A DNA stretch of 64,000 nt from Trichoplax adhaerens (Eukaryota > Animalia > Placozoa): positions 10,324,209 to 10,388,208 of the forward strand of contig NW_002060943.1 in NCBI RefSeq assembly GCF_000150275.1, written 5' to 3'. The position numbers and the translations under genes were made by a program. The notes under the pieces are model-generated. The model was not told the DNA's origin, ran no database searches, and was given only the letters and a program-made list of their open reading frames with translations. Each line of letters begins with the position of its first letter. Position 1 is the first letter of the stretch. Positions 27,946 to 50,368 of the stretch are shown here, piece by piece.

Positions 27946-30900
27946 TTATAACTCATTTATAGCTATACTCTTAGCGTTAGTCTTGTTACTAAAGTCCGGA
28001 TTATCTTTTCCAATATTGTACATGTATGAAGATGCAGCAGTTCTAAACCTACCAAAGCTGTGCGGTTGTGATATAGTACTTGAACTTAAATTACTTTGAG
28101 ATGATCTCGGCATTTGAGCACGTGGATGCAACATCTTTCGAGCTAAACGAGAGATGACCACGACAGTGATAAAGATGACAACTGAACATGGTAATATAAC
28201 ACTCAAGCAGAAAAGTTGCAATCTTGTCAAAGTTGAATGCTCTATAAACAAAAAGTTACAAAGACACACGCAAGTCAGTACATGAAATTTCTTATATGTA
28301 TACGTTAATAAACTGTAAAATTGTATTATCACATGATAAAGCAGTCTACGTAGAAGTATTCTTTAAGAAGGATGTACTCCAACAAAGTTCACAAACTAAT
28401 ATGGGAAATAATAGAGTATTGAACTTCTACTATTTTAAGGTATATTATTTTAATTCCCTCATCAAATCAAGTAGAATATAGTATAAGTTCGTAGATTAAG
28501 GTAGTCGAATAAGAAAGATGACTATCATTCTAAATAATCTAATTCATAAAGTTAACATCCACGTATTTTCCTTTAGCCGATTTGTTAACAAAAATTAGAA
28601 GTCTTATTGATACGAAACAAATACTATCAGTGATATGAATTCTAATGTTTAAATATTATCGTATAAATCATTAATATAGATCAGATTATAATTTAGAGAC
28701 CCTAGCACATTTATTATAAAACTATCACGCTATGAAAATCACCACAGCTAGATTAAAACAAATTTACTCTATTATTTTAAAATTTATATTATATTTACGT
28801 CATTATTCAATCAGTTGAGTTAGGTGTAGACGATACTGTTACGAGAATGGATAATACCATCATTTAAGACGTCTTTTACTACCCTTGGGCTAATTGGGGT
28901 CTGATAGGGATAATTTGGCAGTCGATGTCACATTTATAAAACTAAAAAGTCCAAACTATACTGAAGACTTACGTATATGAGTGCTTAATCCATTCGCTAA
29001 TTAATTGATATCGAATGACATCGGAGTATACAAAGAAAAGTAGAATGAAAATAGGATTAGTAAGATTCGTGTTGCAACTATAATTATATTAATTTAAGTA
29101 AGACAACCATTATTCCTTAATTTAGATTTTACGATGGTGATAAAATTGTTAAAGAACATGGAATATTTTGAATAGTATCGCATCCTATCTGTCGAAGCGG
29201 TTATTGGTACAATAAATCAAGGCAATCCTTTGATAATCTAATCAATTACTAATATTAAATTAGTCGATCTCATTTTGCATAAGCTGAGCTACACTAGTTA
29301 AAGGTAGACTCCAAGAGCATATGCAAATTCTATCGAATACGATAAAATCAATTATAGTTAATAACTACATACAATTTTTGCAGCTCATACTTTACGGTAA
29401 CAAAGTTGAAATAAAAAAGTATTTGCTAACTATTACTCTAAATATCAACGTTACTTGATATTATGGTGCAATTGGAATTGTTAGCAGGGTTGGCTTGAAG
29501 TGGCACATTATGGCAGAATACATCAGGACCAGCAACAGATCGTTCAGAATCTGAGTATTTACTTAGAATGGCAGTGATTTCCTGTTGGCTGATATTGAAT
29601 CCACATGAATTGGCATATAATAAGTAACAGCTACTATTGCATAAAGGCATAGGCTGTGGCTGCAGTAATGTCCAGCTATCGCAGTATGGATAAAAGAAAC
29701 TGCACATTAGCTTCTTAACTAATTGATTGCAGTCGTCTCGATGATCATAGTTAGCCCGATATTTGTACCAAGTAAGAATATCTAAAATAATTTGATCAAT
29801 GGTCCACTGTCGGGCCCAGTTACTACTTCGATAATGTAGAGAATCATTCATAAATGTATCTCGGCATACGGAGCCACTATAATTGAAACAGCACGAGGGT
29901 TGTGGAGGAAACTTGAAATTTCTGCGAAATAAGGGAAGCACAAAATTATGTTTACCGACAGTTGATATATGGTATTGCTACTAGCTTCAACATTTAATTT
30001 TCCGAGAATCAACTGATTTTCCATTTAATATTTGATATACAATCTGCACATTATGAAAGCACTATAGCGAAATTGGGTCATTTCTGAAACTAATGGCGCC
30101 CTGTAATAAGATAATACTGCAAGGTAGGCGAATGATAAGTACCGTATACTAGCAAACTTATCGCCCTTACAGAAAAAATTAAATAAAATAGACACTCATA
30201 AGATAAATGCATAAATTGCCATTAGCATATGAAACAAGTCTACGGAGTACTACCGTGTAATCTTGTTGTGGTAGTAAATTTGAGCTTCTATTCATAACGA
30301 TAACGCTCAATGTATGTAGACACAGGATAATTTAAATTCTTTCAATCAATGCTTGAAAATTCGAGGTTCGGGTAAAAAATGGATTATATTTAATTTCTAT
30401 GAGACTAAATTTTAACGAATGTCTATTTTAAGTTTATTTCTTTATATAGTGTAGTGCATGGTCTAATTAAATTTAATGAGACAAGTTCCCTGATTATCGT
30501 AAGGTTAATTCCGTAGACAATTTTCGAAATCTAAAGCTAAGTAAATGACAAGGTATAATATCAAGCAGTTAGTGTCATGTTTTGTGTTCTATTCATATAA
30601 CCCATTATTTTAAATTAAACCCGTATTGAATTATTATAGCAATATTTTTAAGGTCAAGGCAGACTTACATTATTTGAAACGTTTCTTTTCCTAACTATTC
30701 TTTTTCAATAATTATAATAAATGTTTTGCTCCATTTTGGCGTTTTTGATAAAGCTAGTTGCTTCTTGATAGTATTTGTACAAGATTATACTATATTATGA
30801 TTATCTTTTCTGTTAAAAGAGTTATATCATCTTTAATCTTCAATTGTGGAAATGATACATGCAAGTATATATACATAGTATATTCAAGTATATATCGGAT

Positions 30901-32461
30901 TACTTAAATATTTCTTTTAATTAAGAAAGAACATTTTAGAATTATAATTTTCGTAGATGATGTCATTAAAAGATAGTCATTATTAGTTATTATTTTGCTA
31001 GCAACATGGTTTCAAGTATCATTTACATTTTCCAATATCATATTTAGCTAATAAGCATAATAAATCTAATGTTACTGTACATAAAAGTTAACTTACGTGC
31101 ACGCATGTTCATCATCAAGATGTTGCATTCCTTTATTGCTATGCCATACTCTACTAGTTATTTCAGACTGAGATAATGCAATAGGCAGTTGATCTAGAAA
31201 AAGAGTAAAAAAGGTTTAAAAATGTGACGACTCAACTATAGCTCTAGTTTCGTGTTATAGTAGGGTAATTATCGATTCCTATTCGTTAATATAATATTAT
31301 TAATATAAGAGAAACATGATTGTCTCGCTATACCTCCTATTTTTCAAGTAGATCAATAAAAATTACTAGTACCGTATATACCGGTAATACGCAGCTTTAA
31401 ATATGGTATAATACTGTAATCTATAAAGATATAGAAAATTGTAATTATTGATTTAAAATACAGTCATAGATGACATTTAAATCTCTTGCTTGTCTCTTCG
31501 TTTACTACAGGATCTATAAGGCCTACACCCAACTTAGATCATCTACCATATTTACTGTCGCTATATTTTTTCTGATCAGAATTTTCTCTAAGCTACGGTA
31601 ACTATCTTAAATTTTGATTACAGAGTTGTACTGTATATTACAAATCAAAAACTAAAGGATATAGTTATTACAATCATGATATATAATAAATCCTCATCCT
31701 TCCAACTATCTTATGGGAGTAATTAGTGATTTTTTAAAAATGCAATTCAAATTATATAATAGTAATTAGTTATCGCTCTGTTGTGTATGTCTGTTGAAAG
31801 AGTTACTAATTCACAGCGCCCACTGATATAAAGTTAATGTACGGGAAAATGAAAGGTATCATCATTATTATTATATCGTTTTTTGCTAGTTCTAGCGTGC
31901 TATTCCATAATTGTATTGATGGATTTTTAAGAATAATTCAATAACATTAAGGATATTTAAACGTCTAAAATTTTAAAAGAATAAAGTAAATTTCTAGATT
32001 GAGAATGAAAGATTAAACAGTGACTTGAGGATATTTTATAAAGTGGTGCGTTCGAAAAACGGCAGACATAAATGATTGAAAAAATAGCTCGATTAAATAA
32101 CCGTTGATGTTGATAGAAAGATTATTATATGACTCCAGACGGGTATAAAATGTCTATTTTATTACGACTATCAAGTCGTTGTAGCTTTAAAGAAGTAAGT
32201 TAATGATTACACAAAATGTTATTGTAACTAATACTAGCCAGAAACTATTTCTTAATGGGATCACATTTAAAACTGTATCTATTTTTTAGTATTTATTTAG
32301 GATAGCAAACCAGTAAAACAAAAAATGCTTTTGAATTGACGATCTTATTTCGAGTTAAATTTTATTCATTATACATCCTTACCTGACAATAGTACAAAAA
32401 GGAGTAAGAAATGTTGGTACAATTTCTTTGAAGTATAACTTGAGTCGAAGAGGATAGCCAT
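27946..32461 (-). CDS. Type I single-pass membrane protein with a Frizzled-type CRD (ROR/MuSK-like) and a short tail, about 310 aa
   Basis: Exons 32383-32461 (hydrophobic FLLLFVLLS signal region), 31097-31193, 29455-29921 (CFNYSGSVC..C..LMCSFFYPYC..PLCNSSC..C..C..C) and 27946-28241 (TM LFCLSVILPCSVVIFITVVVI, then SRLARK). Intron phases 1, 2, 1 join in frame with GT-AG. Confidence 0.8.
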
Positions 32462-35400
32462 ATCGGAATTCTGTAGGTAAGTAAGGCGCAGCAATTCGAT
32501 GATACCTTTATTCTCGTTGATAAACTCGGTATCCTATTAGCAATCTATAAGTTCAATGATGCCCCATTAACTAAAATAGAGTAAAGTATTGAGCAAGTTT
32601 ATCATCATAATTCAAAAGAAGTTATAGCTGTCAATAAATCAATCAATTTTAACAGAGATGGCATTGAAGTTAGAAGGCAGGGAAACAATTGACAATGGAT
32701 GATATGATATGATCAAAATTGAAATAGAATAAGATTCGTACTATATCCAGCAAAATTAAATTGAAATAAAGAAATAGAAGTAACACAAATTAAGACAGAT
32801 CAGAAAATAGGCTTCCTTCTTTTGTTATGCAAGCCATAAAACAACAATTATCTCTAGAACTCATGCAAAAACAATACGTGCATATTCAATAATAATTTAT
32901 GGTCTAGATAGTGGTATTGTTACGATCGGTCCGTGGATATTAGAATACTACGTGCATATACGCGTAGCTAGAACAATCTGTCATTAATTACAAGTATTCA
33001 GTGAAAGGAGTACAAGGGCGAATGCCTACCAACTAGGGTCTATATTAACTATACAGTATTATAAAGGATGATACCGAAATAGTCTTGATGAAAATTGTAT
33101 TACAAGAAAGTATGGTGAGACTATCACTAATTTATAAAACGATAAATGATGCGTTATTGAATTGGAAATTGAAAAATTTCACCATTTCAATGTATAGTTA
33201 TAAAAACTGTTATAAAATAGTATACCATCCTATAGCTCGCATAGAAGCACTTAAGATGGAAGAACATGATGGAAGTTGATTGGTTAGAGTTCTTTACCAT
33301 TCATATCGTGAATTGTCCAATATCGATATTAACTACATATTTAATAGTTTTATGCTTTCTATATACCCTAACATACGGTGTATATACGTATGCTATCGCA
33401 ATATAATTAATGTTATCATTGTCATCCCGTCACCTTTTTCATTTATCACTATCATCGCCATCATCGTTATCAACATACTATCATAATCATTCTATAAGGG
33501 TAAAATTAACTTATTCCAGATACGAAAAAAGATATTATTTCTTCACTGTCACAAAACAGCTTTGCAACAAGATAACGTAATCTACGATCAATAAGTCAAT
33601 TCCTTGAACTACGTATCAAGGAACGATATCTGCACTATCACGAGCACTTTTGCTCTACTAGCAGACTACACAAAGACTTAAACGCCTCGTATTTTACGTT
33701 AAACACTAAGTTGGACAATTCTTCTTTATTTCACGATATACTGCATTTATATACTATTCCTCAATAGTTCATGAGTCATAGTTAATACAATTAACATTAG
33801 AATCATTTACTGAATTAGATATTAATTTTAGCTACTGCTCTCTTAATGCAGACAACAGTATTTACGAACATAGACATGTAATAACTAATACAGAATAGTC
33901 AGATTACGATATGTCCTATCACGGAACATTTCCATGATAATTTACAGTCTATCATAAGTAAATTACAATCACAATGATTCGAACTGTAAGCAGATGATTT
34001 GCATTCCCTATTATAACTATTATAATTTCAGTATGTGTATAAGTGTCACTGTCATAAAAAGTCAGTGCTATATTAAAATACAGTATATCCAAATTAGAAG
34101 TTAACTAAATAAGGATAGTCTAACAGAATTATCCTAACATAGTTATTTCTACTGTAATACAGTATTTAACACTGTAACATTCACTTACTAGTTAGTCTCC
34201 ATCCTTTTAATATACTATATGAATTCAAAGGTAATTTAAAACTCTATTAATTATTATTTTTTAATTTTGACTTATATAAATGCTAAGTAAATAATTAACC
34301 GGTTACTAATGTCAGTGATATTTTAATTGCATTGTCTTTCTACAGATAAATAGTAAAATAACATATGATAATTTTTGGAATAAAGTCGCAGCATAGAAAT
34401 GAATGACGTCATTTTTGAATAATGACGAAAGAGTAGAGCAAATAGAATAAGTTCAATTTATTTTGATCTAAAATAACAATGAATATTTCTTAATCATGGA
34501 ACGATCGGAAATTAAAAAACGCCATAAAAATGGACCTTTAAGGATAATTGTAAACTTGATAAATTGAATAGACAGAGGGAGTTGAAAGTTTTTATAGAAA
34601 TTATGGAGTAGATGATTTAATCAATGATTAATAAATTATCTTCTATCTCTATTTCTTTTAATTGAGAGATCACACTTCAATAAAAAAAAGAATTTTTGAC
34701 AGGTATTGTTGATGAACATATCTATCATCAGTCAATCATCCTTATAAAGCAGAAACATGAGAAAGAAGTCAAATACCGGTAGTTATAAAAATATTAAATT
34801 GATGAATCCAATGGGCTACCGTAGAATTGGGGAAAAAATCTTGCTATAGCAATACTGAATAACAATCATACTTGATAAGGTACATTTAAAGATCAATTTC
34901 GGTTAAAAAATATCAAATAACAAATATGCAAACTAAAATGCAGATATTGCATCCAATAGCTAAAATGTATAATTCCCTAGTTACCACTTTACTATAACTA
35001 TCGATGGGATTAAATTGAAATCCTTGAACTCTTGTAAAATCTGAGGAAAAGAAAGCACTGGCTTATGGTTTGAATTCGTTTTAGTAAAAAATATACAGCT
35101 AATTAAATAAATATAATTAAAGTAGGTAAATTGTTTCATTTTTGAATCTCATTCGCTAATATCTAAGTCATTTTTCTTAATTAGGCTAGCCGAAATAGAT
35201 TTATATATCATAACCGACATTTTTCATGTTTGAGTACTTTTAATAACCCACATAGATTCAAAAAGTTAGTTAATATCCTCAAAATGAGCTCAAGATATTT
35301 TCGTTATCATGATACTATTTTCTAAAATATTGTACTTATTTAAATCAATCAAATATAGAAGGAATCCTTTTTAAAGCACACTAGTAAATTACCCGTTTAA

Positions 35401-38400
35401 ATGAACGGGAATATATTCTGCACGAAGCAACAAATTAAAAGAAAATTCATAACTAGATTTTCTTACTACTGTATGATATATGCTTCCGAGATATGTACAA
35501 TGCTAGAAAGATTACTATATTCAAAAATCGATAATTTGATCATCTATGCTTAAATTATACATTCATTCATCTCCTATCTACATAAATTTAAATCATTGAT
35601 CAAGCGTTTTTATTAAATGATAAAGCGATCGATTTAATAATAAAGTCATGTCTATAATAAATAATCGCACTAAGTATAATTTCAAGAAATGAACAAGTCA
35701 TGCAACTAGAAGTCTAGTTACTGAATAGGAATAAAATAAATTGTACATGAAGTTGCATATCAATTGTACGATCGAAAATAATCTAGAAGTAAATGTTTAT
35801 ACGTGGGGAATATATAAGAGGAAATAGTGAAATCAAGAAATCAAGATTATACTGCATCATGATGCTATTTTCGATAGGTCAACGACCCAAGTAATGGTTA
35901 TTAAAAATATGTTGATTTCATATTATTTCATTAATCCAACATAGTCTGATGGACAGTATGGACATAAAAATAGCACGCTAGTATATACTTTTAAACTATT
36001 ATTTTTGATAGCAGTTTATGATTTCATGAAATGCTTAGTTTGAGTACTACAAAATAAGCTGAAGTTCATCCTGTATTATTTATCAATTTTTTATTCTAAT
36101 ACATTCTTTGATTGATATAGATTTAGACTAATAGCAAGCTCTGATACGCTGATAATTACTTTCAAGATGAAGATGAAAAATTATGCTATTGGTAAACTAC
36201 GCTGTTACTATTTTTTATATTAAATTATTACTTGCTAAGACAGTAAGATAGAAAGATGTCTGGATACAGTTGCATATAAGTAGAGTAGCTCCGATTTAAC
36301 GATCTAAAACTAGTATTTCTCGTGCATTAATCAAAGAATTAATTCTAAGTGAACTAAGGCATCGAAAGTGATCAGTAAATTGTGTTAATAATAAAATTTT
36401 AAGATTAATATGTAAGTATGTAACATTGAACGTTTATAGATCATTAATACAGCAAATATACATCAAGTGTAATTAAGCTATTGATCAGATCAATTTATAG
36501 TAGCTACTAAATAACAAGATGTGGTTCACTTAAAAGATTTGTTACAGTTTTAAGATATTGAAATGTGGTAATTACAGCATGTATAAAGGAGAGGAAGTAC
36601 CCTAACAAGATAGTAGATTATTCAAAGGAAGGAAATAGGTTTCAGTCGAACCTGATCTAATTTTAGGATAAAAGTAAATTTAGCTAGCGAAAATTTGCGC
36701 TCTTAGTAAATACAAATAAAGATATTACAGATATAGTACTTTTGACCTACAGTATCAGGGACATGAATGGATTTATGAAAGATTTGAGAAAACGTTTTAA
36801 TTGGAAACAACAGTTTAATATATGTTTGTTCATCGAATATCCATGCCTCATAAGTTATTGTAAACAAGAAGAATATCATTTTAAATTGGGAATGATACTA
36901 GTTAAAGTGAATATCAATAGCTGTAATAATGTTGCATAATTAATATTCTTTATCCTTTTACATCATCTATCATTTTGAATTTGCAAGTATATCGCTACAA
37001 ACGTCTATAATATTTAAAAGTTTAGGACCGCAAGCTTCATACAAGTATATTGAAATTAGGATCTATTAATGTTAAAATACTAATTCAGTAAAATTTTACC
37101 CTGATAGGCTGTACGGACATTTATATACGTATGATAATAAATTTTAAAACTGTAGCGTAGTTAATATCACAGATTCCGGTTTTCGATACTAAGTTATAAA
37201 CTTGGAATGAAAATGGAAAGGCAATTTATTATTTCATACACGTCATTAAGTTTCAAGTTATTTAATACAGAATAGGAAACCCAATGCGATAACTACCTTC
37301 ATGACACTAATAATGAATTAATTAATTGAGAGTGTAGCATAAGAATAGAGTTGGTTCATGATTTAAGCTTATTGGCTTACATATTTCTGACATAGCGAAT
37401 TAATATTTTATTGATCATCTAACTATCGTTCTTACCTTGTAGATTAATTTTTGATTAGACGGCGAGTTGCGTTTCAAGAATAGCTAACTTTACTTGTCGT
37501 TCTTGAACGGCTTTCTCTTAACGATGATTTATCAATTGCTATTGAAATCAAGTTGAAAATCATTTAATATCTGAAAATATCACGAGTAATAAGAGTCTTA
37601 TGTAATTTCTTATTGTGATACAACGATATTTTTCCTATTCAATATTATTCTATTCAGCGTTCATATGCTATAAATAATTTATTGGAATATCATCTAAATT
37701 ATATTCATTGTCAGTTTATTTTAATTATTGTTATCTTCTACATGGACCAGCTGGAATAGAAAATAAAATTCGTAATGGAACAGATCGAATATGGTATTTA
37801 GCTAGCGGAAACTTTATCTCGCACTTAGGGGTCTTTCTTGCCATCTATTGATTTTAATGGTTACGAACATGCTTTATATCGATGATTCGCTTAAAAGAAT
37901 AGTATTCACATACTCATCTATAAAGAAATTTCTTTTTAATTTTAAAAATGGAAAGCACTAAAATAAGATAAAACAATCTTAAAAAGAACTCACCAATTTT
38001 TGGTGCATATAGTAATGTTACGGAATGACAATGTGTCTAAATATTGTTATGTAACCGGCTAAAAATTCACAAGCTGAAGGATCTCACGCTCCTAATGTAC
38101 TATATATTAAGAATATAGTAGATTAAAGAGCTTTCAAAGATGAAAATAAATAACTTCGACCTGAAATATATAACTAATACAGCAATATAAATTTATCAAT
38201 GACCTGACGACGTATAGTTACTAGCTTTGTTGTACCGTAAATTGATTATCTACTTTTTTATATCATATATTATTAAATAAGAACTATACGAAATGTATCG
38301 ATAGTAGAAGTATTTAAAAAGTTTTCAAAACCTTGTATCTAGTTCATATACCGATTCTGATACGACAATGACTATTTCGTGGTAATTATCGATTAATAGT

Positions 38401-41400
38401 AGTTAGTCCAAATTTATTAACGTACTTTCATAAGTCAATACCTAAGCTTTGTGAGTTAGCGGTGGATAACTATCATATGATACATTCAAAGAGTTATATA
38501 ATATTAGGCGACAATTATAGCTGATTAGCAACGTCCAACCAGTATCTTAGAGAGTAATATTATATCATTTACTTTTATTTTGCATACTGCAGCTATATAT
38601 TAGATAGTCTTAAATACGCTAAATATCATCTTTTTTAGATAACAATAATGATTAGCTTTACTAGATTCTATTGCAACTTATTAGTCTAAGATACTCGAAA
38701 AATATTTAACTGTATGGTATAGTTTTATGCAATCATCACGATTTTTAAAAGCTACAAAAATTTTTTATTTTTCACGCTTTTTTATTTAACCATAACTTGT
38801 AGATATTACACATTTTTTGCGATATTATTAGAACAAGTTGATATAATTTTCGTGTAGCATAGCTATAAATTGGATAATAGCTCTAACGTAATTTGAAGTA
38901 GGATTATTTTGTCTGAAAACATATATAGTATACTATTTACAGCTATTTGCAGGCTTTACTTGTTTTCGATATGCTTTTTTTACTAGACGAGATAATCTTT
39001 GCGTGCTACAGCTAGAAATATAATTGTACCTTTAGTAGAATTTAAATGCGATAAGTTAACGTAATGATACATCAAGCTACTGCTATCTTCTAATAAGTAA
39101 GAGTTAATTAGTATTTGAGTTTTACACCAAGTAGGAATCACGGAGGATATCGGCAGTAATTGAAGGCAATGCCAAAATACAAGTTTCTTCCCACGTATGA
39201 TAATGGCTCATTTTCATTCGATATTCTCTACGACTATGTATAATGTACAGTAATATATTAAAGTTAATATTCCGTGATTAAGCGAGACATTGACAGACAA
39301 TGAGTTTTACCCGTACTGTATAACATCATTAACCTATGAACTTTTAATGAATTTGTAGATCGAATAATCCTCAGGTTAGTTATTCACATACTAGTTGCTA
39401 AGCCATAACTTCTATCATTTTATAATTCATCTATGGTTAGTTGGTTACTATTTATCATTGAAATTCCATGATCGAATATGTTTTCATATTAGTTTATAAC
39501 AGATTTTAGACACAATGTTATTTTTATTAAAATACAATTGTTCAAAATCATATATATTTGGGCTAAATTAGATTATTATAGTATTGAATTCAATCTACCA
39601 CTTAATTAATCAAATGGCAATAGTATGTTTTCTTTGTATTAGTTATGGATTATGCTGTAGCGTAGGTTACGGTACCTACGCGGTCTTTCCGTAACTAATT
39701 GTATGGTATTACAAATTAATGAGCATCGCTTAGAATTAGTCTAGTCTTAGAGGCTACTATACAAAAGAAGTCATATTGTAATTAAACTTTAAAATGAAAG
39801 CATTATTAAAATCTGCGCATCATATTTTTAGCGATAAAATAGCGCAGCTTTACTTAGATATGCTGTTAAGTATCCGTAAAATTTATATTTTGATCTCGGC
39901 AGAAGCCTACCACGTTCGTATTATAAAATACTTAAGATTTCTCTGTGAACATACGTAATTTGAATCTTATTTTAGTTTCTAATATGATCTCATTCAGTGA
40001 TGATCACCCGATTACTATATTTAAATATTCAATTAATAAACATGACTCCATTCCTTCTCTGAAAATTTTCAACATTTAGAACATGTAAGGTTACATAATA
40101 ACAATGGTACTATAATTGATAAATACTGGGGGGGACCCCGTTTGTTATACTTTGCGCACTGTACGTATTCGTACTCTTTAAATGTATTTGTAAAGCACAG
40201 TTATTTTAATTTAAAACAATCTAGCTAATCAAAAGGAGATTGTCAATAATGATAACTATTATAAAGAATAGATACATAGTTGAATAATTGTAACGATACG
40301 ATAAGATATTAATTGTAAAATAGAGCTGATATGTTGATCATGAGAATACTGCAAAAGAGCAATCATCTAATCAATAATTTATTCTCTTGAGTTGAGTTTT
40401 ATTGCAGTAAAGAAGGAAAAGAAAGAACGGAAACATATACAGTAAGATAATTTCATGCTTTGATCATTATAAAACAGAACTTACTGTATCCTTTACTACT
40501 TCTATCAAACGAAATATGATACTGTATTTCGTAGTTTTATTTAATTGCTGATGTATTTAATGCAATTCATGTAGTAATACAAATTCTTCGATTAAGAATG
40601 TTAGTAGCGCAAGAAGCAGCTTAAAATTATGTTGGAAAATTGCAAACAGTGCGATATTCTTGGTGCTGTAAACTTTTTATTGCAATTTGTCGTTTTAAGA
40701 GGTTTAATGCAGTGGTTCTTGAGTGCTTTATCTTTAAATGAGAATTCGATAAAATGAATCAATAAAATATAAAAAAGGATGAACTTGGGCTACTGTTGCC
40801 ACTGTATGTTAGTAACATGTAGTACAAATTTTTATCAGCAGCGACAATTGCTATAGCTGTTAACTGTAAATTGATTATTAGTATGCTCACGATTGTATGG
40901 GCGTATGTACCCAGTTCATGATGTTGTACTGTATATGTGTATATTTTATTAAAGTGTCATTAAATATATACGGATAACTTTTTATTAAATAGAAATAATG
41001 ATGACTGTATTCGTTTTTAAATCATTTACGAAGGCAGGAGGTAAAATTAGGATTGGTAGTCCATGATTAAAATCATCTCTAGATATGGAATCAATCTTAG
41101 TATCACCGGTTACAATGTCTTATACGCTGCATAATTGTCGCTAATCGTAGATGTGAGCACGCATGAAATTACTGATAAAAGCTTAATAAAAAGGGCGACT
41201 TAATATAGGTACACCCTTCGTATTTTATTTTTTATCACGATTATACTTAAATACGATAACAAATCACAAATCCTGACAAGCCTAACTCCTAATCAGCTCT
41301 TTCGTCTGGTGTGTATAGTTTGAGTCATATTGAGAAGGATATGGTACAACATAATTGCTATGCAAATATCCTTACATACCGCATTGCATAATTGAATAAA

Positions 41401-41490
41401 GAATCACAGGAAAAAATCATTGTATCTAAGTGTACTGCCTAAGGGTACACGATAACAAGCAAAGAAAAAATGCTATCCTAGATTTACATA

Positions 41491-41590
41491 CGAGACGAAT
41501 AGCTATTATCAAATTATGTTCATCTAACTAAAAGATTTCTAACATAACCATCATTGAACGCAATCAAGCGTCACAGCTATCTGCTCGCGT
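41491..41590 (-). promoter_or_regulatory. SECIS element (form 2) in the TGR 3' UTR
   Basis: Minus strand reads AUGAU-GGUUAUGUU-AGAAA-UCU(uuuaguu)AGA-UG-AACAUAAUU-UGAU (core 41508-41554). It has the GA quartet, a 9-bp helix II, apical adenosines and a mini-stem, plus a lower stem GAUAGCUGU/AUAGCUAUU. It lies about 300 nt downstream of the Sec UGA. Confidence 0.88.
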
Positions 41591-41841
41591 TATGAGAGAT
41601 TTTCACTACCCAAATTATTCTCAAGTAGATACGAGATAGACATGATATTCAAGAAATATAAAGTGATTAATCAGAAAACAGATCTATTAGATCATAAAAT
41701 TAGATTATTAATAATAACAGCCACTGGGTAAATTAAGGTATGTTAAGTATATTGGTTTTAATTTTTTTAAGACGAAAAAGCAGACATATTAAATACTATA
41801 GCAGCTATCAACGTATCTCTTTTTGATAGATTTGGGCAGAT

Positions 41842-49003
<7,162 letters not shown>

Positions 49004-49069
49004 CGTAAAACTGATTTACTGCAACTTCTTGTGGCTCAACCGCACCGCTTTTGCGTCCCTACAACGGTT

Positions 49070-50240
49070 GTACAGTACTGTACAACCTATCGGTGTTGCA
49101 CACGGTACTACAGTACCAGGTACCACCAACAGGCAGCCGGCGTTTCACTGTGACCAAAGTATGAACCACTAAAAGAAAGCCGGTTTACTTTGAGTAGTCC
49201 ATGACTGTATACAGTACTGCACATTTTTAGATACCCTTTTAGAGTCTCTAATAAAAATATAATAATAAGGGTCTCTACTGCACGTTACCGTAGATCGTTC
49301 ATTCGTGACTATTCGTGACTGCGGTCTATTGTACTGTACAGTGTACTGTACACTGTAGTTTACTACCCTGTACAATACAGTACAATACAGTACTGTACAG
49401 TATAACGGCGCACATTACAGTACATTGTACTGTACAGTATATCTTTGATGTCAACCTTTGTCAGTGTCAGGAGTTCAGTTAACAATGAGAAATGAAAGGT
49501 GAGGGAGAATCAGTTTATTAGGAACAAATAGCAAGAGAATCACAAATGAAGGACAGAGTGTATGTGGAAGGATTGCAACAGAACTGAATTCTTAATTGAT
49601 TGATTGTTCTGCTTATATATTCTAGGTTGCAATATTGTATAGGAACAAATATAGAGATCACAACTATGCATGTACCACTAGACTATACAGTACTGTACAC
49701 TGTACAGTACAGTACTGTATAATAACAGGGTACAGTATGTGACACAGTACTACAGCATACACTGTACTATCATTTTGAACCTGCTCTACTGAATCAATCA
49801 ATCAAAATTTTTTAGAGTGAAATTTCTCGGGCGTCGGACTATAGATAAATACGAATGAAGAAGATCTCTTGATACATCCAGGGGCTTCCAAGAGAAAATT
49901 TTGTTTCTCTTAGCAGTCCCTGATACATCTTAAGATGCATCACAAATAACTAACAAGGATCTCTATGCAAAATGACGTACTGTACAGTGCAGAGTACATT
50001 TATTACAGTACTGTACTCATTGTCATTACAGTACAGTACACAGTACTGTACAGTACACTGTACTGTAGTTGAGATTTTAATTAATTAATTCGCATTTGTT
50101 ATTCAGTAATATTGATATACTGTACTGTACTGTACTGTACAGTATTTATTTATTTTTATTTTTTATTTTTTTTTATTATACCGTACAGTACGGTACAGTA
50201 CAGTACAGTACCGCACAACCAAAAGCAAGGTAGCAGCAGA
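49070..50240. repeat. CAGTA/TACTG arrays between the divergent TGR and small TM ORF
   Basis: Clusters at about 49070-49120, 49330-49440, 49685-49770 and 49975-50240. Confidence 0.9.
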
Positions 50241-50368
50241 TGATAGAGCACAGTACTGCAGTTAAGCAAGCGAATTGGCATCAAAGAATAAAAATTACTG
50301 TAACAAAATCTTGGACTAAGGATATTTGTGCTTGATTGCACCAATAGTAATAATTATTAAGAGTGCTT

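Noticed and set aside
39660-39681. Hairpin GCGTAGGT/ACCTACGC, with a 14-mer shared with 12268-12281
   Set aside because: An isolated short match compatible with chance in 64 kb.
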